In this document: positions 7,109 through 16,248 of the stretch, in pieces
Position numbering within the stretch: the first letter of the stretch is position 1
How the letters are laid out: the number at the start of each line of letters is the position of its first letter
Source: Gemmatimonadota bacterium
GTDB taxonomy: Bacteria > Latescibacterota > UBA2968 > UBA8231
Length of the DNA stretch: 20,052 nucleotides
NCBI GenBank assembly: GCA_038153405.1
Contig: JAYOYH010000067.1
Location: 1 to 20,052 of the forward strand
Direction of reading: 5' to 3'
Notes under the pieces: model-generated
Seen by the model: the letters and a program-made list of their open reading frames with translations, nothing else
Told to the model about the DNA's origin: nothing
Databases searched by the model: none
Position numbers and translations under genes: made by a program

Positions 7109-8725
7109 CTACGGCAGCATAAAGCGCCGCACGTAGGTGCGATAGGCTTCCATCTCGTCCTCCGCGCGCCCGGCATCCCATCCCAGATAACGACGCGCCC
7201 AATCGGCAGCACCGACCAGCGCCTCCAGTCCCAAATCGGGGCCCAGTCCCACCAGCGTCCTGCGCATCAGCGCGTCGATTAGCGTCTCGGCCATTTCCTC
7301 TTCAAAGGCCAGCGCCAACTCGGCCAGCAGCGCGCCCTCCCGCGGCGCGAATACGCCGCCTAGGTGTGCATCGCGCCGCACCCGATCTACGATTGCTGCA
7401 CTGCGCGTGCCGTAAATGCGCAGCAGGCGTGCAGCTTGGGCAGGCGGCAGTCCGCTCTCCCGTTTAAAGGCAGCGCAAAATGCCGCAAAATCGCTCGTCT
7501 CAGCGCCCGGAAGCGGCGCCTTGTCCGTCGTGCAGGCGGTCTCTCTGCCCAGGTGCACGCCGACGGTATCGACGACTTCTTGGGCCAGAGCGCGATAGGT
7601 CGTCAGCTTGCCGCCGACGACCGACAGCATTCCGCGCGCCTGCGGAGCGTGGTCGCGCAGCGCGTGGCGGCGCGTGATACCGGCCTCGCTGCCCTCCCGT
7701 ATAAAAGGCAGCGGACGCACACCGCTGTAGGCGTAGAGAACGTCGGAGCGCCCTAGGCCGGCTTCTGGTAGGATGCCGTTGACCTCGTCCAGTAGATAGG
7801 CGACCTCCTCTTCGGTCGGGCGGGCATCGTCTATGCGCCCTTCGTAGCGCACGTCCGTCGTGCCGACCAGCCAGCGCCCCAGCCAGGGCAGCACGAAAAT
7901 GGGGCGGCCATCGTTGGCCGCTTCGAGATAGAGCGCCTGTTCTTGCGGTGCACCGGGTAGGCGATCGACGACCAGGTGCGTGCCGCGCGTACCGCCGATT
8001 AGGCGATCGGCTTTGGGTGCAGCACGGCCCAGCACCTCGTCGACCCATGGTCCCGACGCATTGACGATTGCAGGCGCGCGCACGGCGCGCCGCACACCGC
8101 TGAGCACGTCGGTATATTCTACTCCGCGCACCGAGCCCTCGTCTATGACAATGCGCTCGCAGTGCGCGTAGGTCAGCACCGTGGCACCGTGGGCGCGCGC
8201 GTCGAGTGCGTTTTCTACGCATAGGCGCTCGGCCAGTTCCACCTGACCGTCATAGTAGGTCGCCGCACCGCGCAGTCGCTCACCGTTGAGAGCAGGTACG
8301 CGGGACAGAATCTGGCGACGCGTCAGCATGGCATGGCCCTGCACCGAGCGGCCGCGCGACAGCAGGTCATAGCCGACCATGCCCATTTTCACCATCCAGC
8401 GCGGGCGCTGGCTGCCCCTGTAGAGCGGGATAAAAAACTGCAGCGGTCGGACCAAGTGCGGCGCGTTGGCAAAGAGCCGTTCGCGCTCGCGCAGCGACTC
8501 GCGCACCAAATCGAATTCACCGTGCTCCAGATAACGCAGACCGCCGTGGATCAGGCGCGATGACCACGCCGAGGTGCCCGCGCACAGATCGCCTTTGTCC
8601 ATTAGCAGCACGCGCAGGCCGCGCCGCGCCGCGTCGCGGGCAATGCCCGTGCCGTTGATCCCAGCGCCGATGACAATCAGGTCAAACGGTGTATCGTCGG
8701 CCGGTATCTGCACGCGTTTTTTCAC
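7109..8725 (-). CDS. glpD: FAD-dependent glycerol-3-phosphate dehydrogenase/oxidase, 538 aa
   Basis: IGAGINGTGIARDAARRG, GTSAWSSRLIHGGLRYLE, GTTD, GVRPL and GGKLTTYR. The GTG start directly abuts the glpK TAA stop, with GGAG in the glpK tail. Confidence 0.92.
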   Translation of the reverse strand: MKKRVQIPADDTPFDLIVIGAGINGTGIARDAARRGLRVLLMDKGDLCAGTSAWSSRLIHGGLRYLEHGEFDLVRESLRERERLFANAPHLVRPLQFFIPLYRGSQRPRWMVKMGMVGYDLLSRGRSVQGHAMLTRRQILSRVPALNGERLRGAATYYDGQVELAERLCVENALDARAHGATVLTYAHCERIVIDEGSVRGVEYTDVLSGVRRAVRAPAIVNASGPWVDEVLGRAAPKADRLIGGTRGTHLVVDRLPGAPQEQALYLEAANDGRPIFVLPWLGRWLVGTTDVRYEGRIDDARPTEEEVAYLLDEVNGILPEAGLGRSDVLYAYSGVRPLPFIREGSEAGITRRHALRDHAPQARGMLSVVGGKLTTYRALAQEVVDTVGVHLGRETACTTDKAPLPGAETSDFAAFCAAFKRESGLPPAQAARLLRIYGTRSAAIVDRVRRDAHLGGVFAPREGALLAELALAFEEEMAETLIDALMRRTLVGLGPDLGLEALVGAADWARRYLGWDAGRAEDEMEAYRTYVRRFMLP

Positions 8726-10228
8726 TTAGCTCTCCACCCAGTTTAGGCTGCGCGCAACGGCCTTTTTCCACTGGGCAAAGAGCGCATCGCGCACGCTCGG
8801 CTCGGCAACGGGCTCCCAGCGCCGATCCGCAACCCAGTTGGCCTGAAGCTCTTCTATACTGCTCCAAAAACCCACGGATAGACCAGCCGCGTAGGCCGCA
8901 CCCAGTGCCGTGGTCTCGGCCACGCGCGGTCGAATGACCGGCACGTCCAATACGTCGGCCTGAAACTGCATTAGCAATTCGTTGACCACCATGCCGCCAT
9001 CGACCTTAAGGTGCTGCAGATCGACACCGGAGTCGGCGCGCATGGCATCGAGCACTTCGCGCGTTTGAAAAGCAGTCGCCTCAAGCGCGGCGCGCGCAAA
9101 GTGACCCTTGTTGACGTAGCGCGTTAGTCCGGCAATCACGCCGCGTGCATCGTCGCGCCAGTGCGGGGCGTACAGGCCGGAAAAAGCCGGCACAACATAC
9201 ATGCCGCCGTTGTCCGTCACCGTGCGCGCCAAAGCCTCTATGTCCGGCGCCGATTTGATCAGACCCAAGTTATCGCGCAGCCACTGCACCAGCGCACCGG
9301 TAATGGCGATGCTGCCCTCCAGCGCGTAGACGGCCGGCGCTTCGCCCAGTTTATAGCACGGCGTCGTCAGCAAGCCGTGCTGTGAATGCACGATGTGCTC
9401 GCCCGTATTGAGCAGCATAAAGCAGCCCGTGCCGTACGTGTTCTTGGCTTCGCCGGGCGCAAAGCAGGCCTGGCCGACGGTGGCAGCCTGTTGGTCGCCG
9501 AGCAAACCGCACACGGGTAAGACCGCGCCAAAGGGTCCGTCGGCAAGCGTGTAGCCATAGGGCGCTATTGCGCTGCTGGGAACAATGGCCGGCAGCATGC
9601 GGCGCGGTATGTCGAGCGCGGCGAGAATCTCGTCGTCCCAATCGAGGCGCTGCAGGTCCATCAGCAGCGTGCGCGAGGCATTGGTTACATCCGTCACGTG
9701 GGCGCCGCCCGTCAGTTGCCAGGCTAGCCAGCTATCTACCGTGCCAAAGAGCGCATCGCCGCGCTCGGCGTCGGCGCGCAGTCCATCTACCTCGTCGAGC
9801 ATCCAGCGAATTTTGGGAGCGGAAAAGTAGGTGGCCAACGGAAGACCCGTCTGTGCGCGAAAGCGGTCCTGCCCGCCCTGCTGAGCCAGCGCGGCGCACA
9901 GCGCGTCCGTGCGCGTATCCTGCCAGACGATGGCATTGTGATAGGGCTGGCCAGTATGGCGGTTCCACACCAACGCGGTTTCGCGCTGGTTGGCAATGCC
10001 GACAGCGGCGATCTGGCTCGACCCTACCTGCGCCCTCTGCAGTGCGCCAGCCACCACCTGTTGAACGCGCTGCCATATCTCCATCGGATCGTGCTCGACC
10101 CAGCCCGGCTGCGGGAAAATCTGTCGATGTTCTAGCTGGTGCGCAGCAACGGCACAACCCTGTCGGTCAAAGAGCATACAGCGCGTGCTGGTCGTACCCT
10201 GATCTATGGCAGCTACATAGCGGCTCAT
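8726..10228 (-). CDS. glpK: Glycerol kinase, about 500 aa
   Basis: Start moved to ATG 10228 with RBS AAGGAG at 10240-10235. Motifs [70 protein letters not shown] and VDGG. Confidence 0.97.
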   Translation of the reverse strand: MSRYVAAIDQGTTSTRCMLFDRQGCAVAAHQLEHRQIFPQPGWVEHDPMEIWQRVQQVVAGALQRAQVGSSQIAAVGIANQRETALVWNRHTGQPYHNAIVWQDTRTDALCAALAQQGGQDRFRAQTGLPLATYFSAPKIRWMLDEVDGLRADAERGDALFGTVDSWLAWQLTGGAHVTDVTNASRTLLMDLQRLDWDDEILAALDIPRRMLPAIVPSSAIAPYGYTLADGPFGAVLPVCGLLGDQQAATVGQACFAPGEAKNTYGTGCFMLLNTGEHIVHSQHGLLTTPCYKLGEAPAVYALEGSIAITGALVQWLRDNLGLIKSAPDIEALARTVTDNGGMYVVPAFSGLYAPHWRDDARGVIAGLTRYVNKGHFARAALEATAFQTREVLDAMRADSGVDLQHLKVDGGMVVNELLMQFQADVLDVPVIRPRVAETTALGAAYAAGLSVGFWSSIEELQANWVADRRWEPVAEPSVRDALFAQWKKAVARSLNWVES

Positions 10229-10302
10229 CTCCTTCTCCTTTTCCTCGGTTGCATAGGCGATAACATAGAGCGCAGACGGCGGCGGCTCCAGCAGCCGGCA
10301 CA

Positions 10303-10331
10303 TTGATTCGGCGCGGCAAAAGGCGTACTCT
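10303..10331 (+). promoter_or_regulatory. sigma70-type promoter candidate for the 10363-14568 gene run
   Basis: TTGATT (10303-10308), a 17-nt spacer, then TACTCT (10326-10331), about 30 nt before the ATG at 10363. Confidence 0.5.
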
Positions 10332-10362
10332 AATGCGCGCACACCCCCATTGGAAAGCGGCT

Positions 10363-11556
10363 ATGACAACGCACGACATCGCCATAGTCGGCGGCGGCAT
10401 CAGCGGGCTGAGCCTAGCCCACTACTGCGCGCGCGCTGGCCGTTCTGTTTTGCTGCTGGAAAAAGAAGCGCAGCCGGGCGGCGCGCTCTGTTCGCACGCA
10501 CCCAACGGCAGCGACTTCTTTTTAGAGCTGGGAGCACACACCTGCTACAACTCGTACGGAAGCTTTATCGAACTGCTAGCAGAGTACGAGCTGACTGAGC
10601 ACATCCAGCCGCGCGCCAAAGCGCCGTTTAAAATGCTCGTCGACGACCAACTGACTTCCATCATCTCTCAGATCAACTTTTTTGAACTGCTCGTCTCCGC
10701 GCCCAAAATTCTCTTTCTCAAAAAAGCCGGACAGACGATGCGCTCCTACTACGGTCGCATCGTCGGCGAAAAAAACTTCGCTCGCACGTTCTCGGCCGTT
10801 TTCAGCGCCGTACCTTCGCAAAAGGCCGATGATTTTCCCGCCGATATTCTCTTCAAGAAGCGCGCGCGCAACAACGCAATCGCCAAAAGCTTTACCTTGC
10901 AAGGGGGCCTGCAGACCATCGCCCACGCCATCGCTGCCAACCCGGCCATCGACTATATCGGCAACCAGCAGGTACGGACTCTGCGCCGGGAAAGCACCAC
11001 CTGCATAATAGAAACCGTCGACGGGACGACCTACCGGTCGCACCAGCTTGCTCTGGCCACGCCGCCGCCGGTCGCCGCACGGCTATTGGCCGGTCTGGCG
11101 CCCGACCTAGCGCAGCACTTGGCTACGCTATCCGTTGCCAACGTCGACTCCATCGGAGTAACCGTCGATCGGGAACGCGTCACTCTGGCGCCTTTTGGCG
11201 GGGCCATTCCGCGCGACGATGCGCTCTTTTCCGTCGTTTCACGCGACGTCGTGCCGCACGAGCAGTATCGCGGCTTCACTTTCCATTTTGCCGCTGGTGC
11301 CCTATCGCACGACGAACAAATAGCGCGCATTTGCGCCGTTCTCCACGTAGCCCCAGAGGACCTTGTTTGCGCCAGCGAGAAGGTCAACTGCGTGCCCTCA
11401 CCGCGCCTGGGGCACACCGAGTGGGTCGCCACGGCCGACCGCCTCGCCGCAGAGGCCGACCTCCTGCTAACGGGCAACTACTTTGCCGGCCTATCCATCG
11501 AAGACTGCCTCGCTCGCTCGCTGCAGCAGAGCGAGCACCTATCCGACACCCCCTAG
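10363..11556 (+). CDS. FAD-dependent oxidoreductase, HemY/protoporphyrinogen (coproporphyrinogen) oxidase-like, about 397 aa
   Basis: DIAIVGGGISGL dinucleotide fold, E..xxxGG, LELGAH, GGLQT, LALATP, and C-terminal LTGNYFAGLSIEDCL resembling the HemY terminus. Shorter than typical HemY. Start taken as ATG 10363. Confidence 0.72.
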   Translation: MTTHDIAIVGGGISGLSLAHYCARAGRSVLLLEKEAQPGGALCSHAPNGSDFFLELGAHTCYNSYGSFIELLAEYELTEHIQPRAKAPFKMLVDDQLTSIISQINFFELLVSAPKILFLKKAGQTMRSYYGRIVGEKNFARTFSAVFSAVPSQKADDFPADILFKKRARNNAIAKSFTLQGGLQTIAHAIAANPAIDYIGNQQVRTLRRESTTCIIETVDGTTYRSHQLALATPPPVAARLLAGLAPDLAQHLATLSVANVDSIGVTVDRERVTLAPFGGAIPRDDALFSVVSRDVVPHEQYRGFTFHFAAGALSHDEQIARICAVLHVAPEDLVCASEKVNCVPSPRLGHTEWVATADRLAAEADLLLTGNYFAGLSIEDCLARSLQQSEHLSDTP

Positions 11557-11570
11557 GAGAGCACCCCACC

Positions 11571-12824
11571 ATGACGGCCAAACCCTACTTACCGCCCACG
11601 CCGCTCGACGACGACCGCGTAGTGATCACCGCCATCGAGACTGTCCAGCCCAAAGACCTCTTTCCCGGCCTGCTGCTGGTGCGCATCCACACCGAAGATG
11701 GCCACATCGGCCACGGCGAGACCTATTACTGCGCCGAAGCGGTGCAGGCCATGATTCACGACTGGATGGCCCGTCGCCTGCTCGGCGAAGATGCACTGGC
11801 CATCGAATCGCACTGGCGCTTTCTCTACGAACGCGCCGCTAACTTCGGCGTGCGCGGCACCGAGCTGCGCGCTATCTCCGCCCTCGACGTGGCGCTGTGG
11901 GACATTCTCGGTCAGGTGTGTAACCAGCCCGTCTATCGCCTGCTCGGCGGCCCGGTGCGCGACAAAATTCTAGTGTACAACAGCTGCGGCAATCCCAAGT
12001 ACGGACCCAGCAAAGAGGGCGCACTCGGCTGGCCTGGCATGGGCGCAGTGGGCGATCCGGGTCCGCTGGGCGACTCGTGGAAGCTGTTTAACGAACCCGT
12101 CGCTCTGGCGCAGGAGCTGGTCGAGCTCGGCTATAGCGGACTCAAGGTGTGGCCCTTTGACGGCGCGGCCATTCAGCACGGGCCGTCGCGTATTCCATAC
12201 GCCGAGATTGAACGGGCCGTGCAGCCGCTGCGCGACATTCGCGACAAAGTCGGCATGGACCTAGATATCTTCGTCGACGGGCACGCCCACTTTCAGCTGC
12301 CGGCGGCCCTGCGCATTGCCGACGCACTGCGCGAAGTGAAGCCGCTGTGGTTAGAGGACGTGCTCAAAATGGATAACCTCGACACGCTGGCCGACTTTCG
12401 CCGCCAGAGCGGCATGCCGATATCGGCCAGCGAAATGCTGCTGACAAGGGCCGACTACAACGAGGTGCTGCAGAAGAATGCCGCCGACTACGTGATGATC
12501 GATCCGACCTGGGTCGGTGGCATCTCCGAAACGGCGCGCATTGCCCATCTGGCGCAGACGTACAATATTCCCGTATCCATGCACGACTGCACTGGGCCGC
12601 TTACGCTTTTTGCCGGCCTGCACGTCGGTGCGGCCATTGCCAATTGCTGCTACCAAGAAACGGTGCGCGCGCAGATCCACACGGTCTACCACGAGCTGAT
12701 CGACACCGAGGTAAAGATCGCCAACGGCTACGTCGACGTGCCGCGCGGACCGGGCTTGGGCGTGCGCCTCAACCCGGACCTGTTCAAGAAAGATCGACCC
12801 GGTTATCGCATTTCAACGCGCTAA
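11571..12824 (+). CDS. Enolase superfamily enzyme (KxW subgroup, acid-sugar dehydratase-like), about 417 aa
   Basis: ATG 11571 with RBS AGGAG at 11555-11559, overlapping the upstream TAG. Motifs GHGET, AISALDVALWDILG, LLGG, KVWPFD, VDGH, WLED, SEML, MIDPTWVGG, MHDCTGP, QETVRA and GPGLG. Confidence 0.9.
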   Translation: MTAKPYLPPTPLDDDRVVITAIETVQPKDLFPGLLLVRIHTEDGHIGHGETYYCAEAVQAMIHDWMARRLLGEDALAIESHWRFLYERAANFGVRGTELRAISALDVALWDILGQVCNQPVYRLLGGPVRDKILVYNSCGNPKYGPSKEGALGWPGMGAVGDPGPLGDSWKLFNEPVALAQELVELGYSGLKVWPFDGAAIQHGPSRIPYAEIERAVQPLRDIRDKVGMDLDIFVDGHAHFQLPAALRIADALREVKPLWLEDVLKMDNLDTLADFRRQSGMPISASEMLLTRADYNEVLQKNAADYVMIDPTWVGGISETARIAHLAQTYNIPVSMHDCTGPLTLFAGLHVGAAIANCCYQETVRAQIHTVYHELIDTEVKIANGYVDVPRGPGLGVRLNPDLFKKDRPGYRISTR

Positions 12825-12841
12825 CCTAAGGGGGAATCACC

Positions 12842-13633
12842 ATGGCCCAACAACCGCTTGACGATGCACAGATCGGACAGTTTCACCGCGATGGTTACCT
12901 GATCGTCAGAAACTGCGTGCCGACAGAGCAGGCAGCCCGCATCCGCCGCATTGCCGAGGCCGACCCCCGGCTGCAGGCCGACGCCAAGTTCAACCAGAAC
13001 TACGAGGGCGAGGGCGTGGGCACGCGGCTGGTCTATCGCGGCCAGCTCGACGACGACACCTACAGCGCCTATGCGCGCAGCCAGTACCTGGTCGATCCCA
13101 TGCAGCAGCTCTTTGGCGATGCCATACGCCACTACTACCACCTGCAGATGCTCAAGGATCCACAGACGGGCGGCTGGCAGTGGCACCAGGACTACGGCTA
13201 CCACTACAAGGAGTTTTTCTACCCGGACTTCGTCAGCCTCATGCTGGCGCTCGACCCCTGCACGCCCGACAACGGCTGCTTGCGCGTGCTGCGCGGCTCG
13301 CACCGTCTGGGCCGGTTGGAGCACCAGCAGTCCGGCTCGCAGCTGATCGCCGACCCAGAGCGCGTCGAGTGGGCGCTCAACGAAATGGAAGAAGTGCACT
13401 GTGAAATGGAGCCGGGTTCCGTGCTCTACTTTCACGGCAACCTGCTGCACGCCTCGCATCCCAACCACAGCACATTACCGCGCTGGTCGATGGTCTGCGC
13501 CTACGTCACCGCGTCCAATACCTGCGTGCTGCCCGACGTCGAAGCAGGACTTAGCGCGCCGCTGGCGCCTTGGAGCGGCGCAGATGTCGATGCGGCCTGT
13601 CAGCGCCATGAGCAGACCATCGCCAGCCCGTAG
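12842..13633 (+). CDS. Phytanoyl-CoA dioxygenase (PhyH) family Fe(II)/2-oxoglutarate dioxygenase, proline/ectoine hydroxylase-like, 263 aa
   Basis: FHRDGYLIV, WHQDYGY (HxD), ALDPCTPDNGCLRVLRGSH, PGSVLYFHGNLLHAS (distal His) and PRWS (2OG-binding Arg). RBS AAGGGGG upstream. Confidence 0.92.
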   Translation: MAQQPLDDAQIGQFHRDGYLIVRNCVPTEQAARIRRIAEADPRLQADAKFNQNYEGEGVGTRLVYRGQLDDDTYSAYARSQYLVDPMQQLFGDAIRHYYHLQMLKDPQTGGWQWHQDYGYHYKEFFYPDFVSLMLALDPCTPDNGCLRVLRGSHRLGRLEHQQSGSQLIADPERVEWALNEMEEVHCEMEPGSVLYFHGNLLHASHPNHSTLPRWSMVCAYVTASNTCVLPDVEAGLSAPLAPWSGADVDAACQRHEQTIASP

Positions 13634-13689
13634 CGCATGCACCATCGATACATCGACATATACACTAACCCAACCCGAGGAACTATCCC

Positions 13690-14568
13690 ATGCCCAAACG
13701 CCACAACCCTTACGACTGCACCGCCGACACCTGGCTGCGCGGCAGCTTTCACGGCCACTGCAGCGAACACAGCGCCTGCGCCTCCGTGCCGCTGGCCGAC
13801 AGCGTGCAGCGCTACAGCGAAGTAGGGGCCGGCTTTGTCGCGCTAACCGACCACGACCACATCACCGATCTCGACCCAATGCGAGCGGCCTACCCACAGC
13901 TCGTCTTTCTAGAGGGATTTGAATACAGCTCGCGCGAAAATGTGCTCTTTGCCGGCGCACAGGTCGAACCGCTCTACGAGCGCTCATTAGAAGAGGCGCT
14001 GGCCAGCGCCGCAGACCTGCTCACCGTGGTCTGCCACCCGCGCCCGCACGCCGACGGGCGCGACTACTGGACGCGTCCCATGCTCGAGGCGCTCGGCACG
14101 TGGCCCGACGGCATTGAAGTATACAACGGCCACTACGGTATTGAGGCCGCGCTGGCCAAGGGACGCCAGCCGCTCTACACGGCGTTCTGGGACGAGCTGC
14201 TCACCGCCGGCCACCGCCTGTGGGGCTACGCCAACGACGACTTCCACGATTTGGCCGACTTTGATAACGCCTTCAATATGGTCTTGGTCGACGAGGACAG
14301 CGCCGATGGCGTCGTGCACGCGGCCAAGGCGGGGCGCTGCTACGCCACGACGGGCCTGCTGCTGCGCTCCATGAACGTAGAGGGCGACGACGTCTGCGTC
14401 GAGGTAGACGCGCCGTGCCGCGGCGCCTTTATCGGTCCGGGCGGACGCCTGCTGTCCGAGAGCGAAGGCCAACACTTCCGCTTCCGCGCCGGCGATGAAG
14501 CCTACGTGCGCTTTGAGGGACAGGGCGACAGCGGGCGCATCTTTCTACAGCCCCTGTGGGTTATCTAA
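13690..14568 (+). CDS. PHP-domain (CehA/McbA-like) metallohydrolase/phosphoesterase, 292 aa
   Basis: GSFHGH (HxH), ALTDHD, GFEY, CHP, GIEVYNG, WDELL and ANDDFH (DxH), followed by a small beta-rich C-terminal domain. RBS GAGGA at 13677-13681. Confidence 0.85.
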   Translation: MPKRHNPYDCTADTWLRGSFHGHCSEHSACASVPLADSVQRYSEVGAGFVALTDHDHITDLDPMRAAYPQLVFLEGFEYSSRENVLFAGAQVEPLYERSLEEALASAADLLTVVCHPRPHADGRDYWTRPMLEALGTWPDGIEVYNGHYGIEAALAKGRQPLYTAFWDELLTAGHRLWGYANDDFHDLADFDNAFNMVLVDEDSADGVVHAAKAGRCYATTGLLLRSMNVEGDDVCVEVDAPCRGAFIGPGGRLLSESEGQHFRFRAGDEAYVRFEGQGDSGRIFLQPLWVI

Positions 14569-14609
14569 GACGCGCTCGTGCACTGGACGTTTTTCTCTAC
14601 GGTGCATGC

Positions 14610-15950
14610 CTAGTTCATCCACGACTGATAGAGGTTAATCGCCGTAAAGCTAATGATGGCCCAGATCGTACAGAGCAGACCCAGCTCCAACGCGAGTCCC
14701 ATGCGGCGACCCGGCGCCTCGCGCATGGCCAGGTGCAGCACGCCATAGGCCAGCGGAATGAGCAGCAGGTTGTTGGCGTTCTGGCCGAGCAGGACAAAGA
14801 GAAAGGGCGTGTCAGACCAGATGAGAATGACCGAGAGCCAAAAGGCGGGAAATGCCGTCTGCAGGGTGCGCGACCAGCGTTTGCGCCCCTCTTCGTCCTG
14901 GGCCGACCCAACGCCCAGCAGATGCAAGAAGTCGGCACCAATGCGCCCAGAGCTGGCGGCAAATACCAGCAGCGTGGAGAACAGCGTGCAGAAGGCTCCC
15001 ACCATAAATATGCCCTTGGCCGTCGGCCCCAGCGTCTCGGTAAAGATGAGCGAGACCTGATCGACGACGCCCACGCCCGAGGGGATGACCTGTAGCTTGG
15101 ACAGCACCGAAGCGCCGAGCAGATAGTAGGCGCAGGTGATGACGAGCGCGATTGCCGTGCACACGCCGGCATCCATCGCCAGCACGCGCATCCAGCCGCG
15201 GTAGCGCTCCCGCCATTCCGGCGAGCCGTCGTCCGGGCCGATAAAGCGCGGATAGCCCTTTTCGCGCACCCAGTAGGGATACATGAATAGCTCCACCGCG
15301 GTGGCGCCGACCGAGCCCATCAGCGCCATGGCGACAAAGGCGCCCTGCGGAGGCATGTGAAAGGTAAAGCCGGTCGCTATATCGCTGGATGAAAAAGCGT
15401 AGGACGTGCTCTGCAGAAAGAGCAGCGAGCCGATGACGACTAGGCTAAAAAGCGCCACCAGCACCGTGACCATCGTTTCTAGGTCTTGGTAAATACCGCG
15501 CCACAGCAGCACGACGACCAGGGTAAAGGCCACTACACACCACACCTTGTACGGTGCAAACGACGCGACGGAAGCGAGCAAACCACCCACCGTGCCGAGG
15601 ATGCCGATCAGTGAGAGAAAGACCGATGCGTAGCCAATCACGCAGAGCCAGGCCGCCCAAGACGCGTTGCCTAAGCGCAGGCCCGGTACGCGATTGAGCG
15701 AGGTAATGGTCGTGTCGTCGTTGAGCAGGCACTGGCGGCCCAGTTCCAGCTGGATAAAGTATTTGATCACGCTGGCAAAGATCACGCCCCACAGAAAAAC
15801 AAAGCCCACTTCGGCTCCCATGCGCGTCGTCACCAATAGCTCGCCCGAACCAACGACCGAACCGGAGACCACGACGCCGGGGCCTATATTGCGGAGCAAC
15901 CCACCCAACCCCTTGGGCGCCGGTCGAATTTCACTTGCTGCATCAGCCAT
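14610..15950 (-). CDS. NRAMP-fold (APC/LeuT superfamily) membrane transporter with non-canonical motifs, about 446 aa
   Basis: ATG 15950 with GGAGGGAG upstream. About 11 hydrophobic segments, IGPG..VGSGEL, GAEVGFVFLW..I...VIKY..Q.ELGR and TLFST. Confidence 0.82.
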   Translation of the reverse strand: MADAASEIRPAPKGLGGLLRNIGPGVVVSGSVVGSGELLVTTRMGAEVGFVFLWGVIFASVIKYFIQLELGRQCLLNDDTTITSLNRVPGLRLGNASWAAWLCVIGYASVFLSLIGILGTVGGLLASVASFAPYKVWCVVAFTLVVVLLWRGIYQDLETMVTVLVALFSLVVIGSLLFLQSTSYAFSSSDIATGFTFHMPPQGAFVAMALMGSVGATAVELFMYPYWVREKGYPRFIGPDDGSPEWRERYRGWMRVLAMDAGVCTAIALVITCAYYLLGASVLSKLQVIPSGVGVVDQVSLIFTETLGPTAKGIFMVGAFCTLFSTLLVFAASSGRIGADFLHLLGVGSAQDEEGRKRWSRTLQTAFPAFWLSVILIWSDTPFLFVLLGQNANNLLLIPLAYGVLHLAMREAPGRRMGLALELGLLCTIWAIISFTAINLYQSWMN

Positions 15951-16014
15951 TACTCGCTCCCTCCGTGCATGCACCCGCGCGCCCTGCCGCGGCCGTTGGC
16001 CCAAAAACGTCGAC

Positions 16015-16042
16015 AATATACAACATGGACCCTGCGTGACAA
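16015..16042 (-). promoter_or_regulatory. sigma70-type promoter candidate for the transporter gene
   Basis: Minus strand TTGTCA (16042-16037) with TATATT (16020-16015, 16-nt spacer) or TATTGT (16018-16013, 18-nt spacer). Confidence 0.45.
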
Positions 16043-16132
16043 AGGGCAGGCGGCGCAGCCGTGTGCTGTTCGACACACGGGCAGTGCGCGTGAAGTCGGC
16101 ACCTCATTCACAAGCCCATAAACCGCGCGGCA

Positions 16133-16160
16133 TTGACGACGATCCGAGACGCGCTAGATT
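16133..16160 (+). promoter_or_regulatory. sigma70-type promoter candidate for the gene at 16249
   Basis: TTGACG (16133-16138), a 16-nt spacer, then TAGATT (16155-16160). Confidence 0.45.
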
Positions 16161-16248
16161 TGCCGCTGTCGTTGGCAGCACTCCGGCGACCTATTGGGAG
16201 TACCCGCCGCGCGCCGCGCAAACGAACACTCTAATCAGGAGCTCCACT

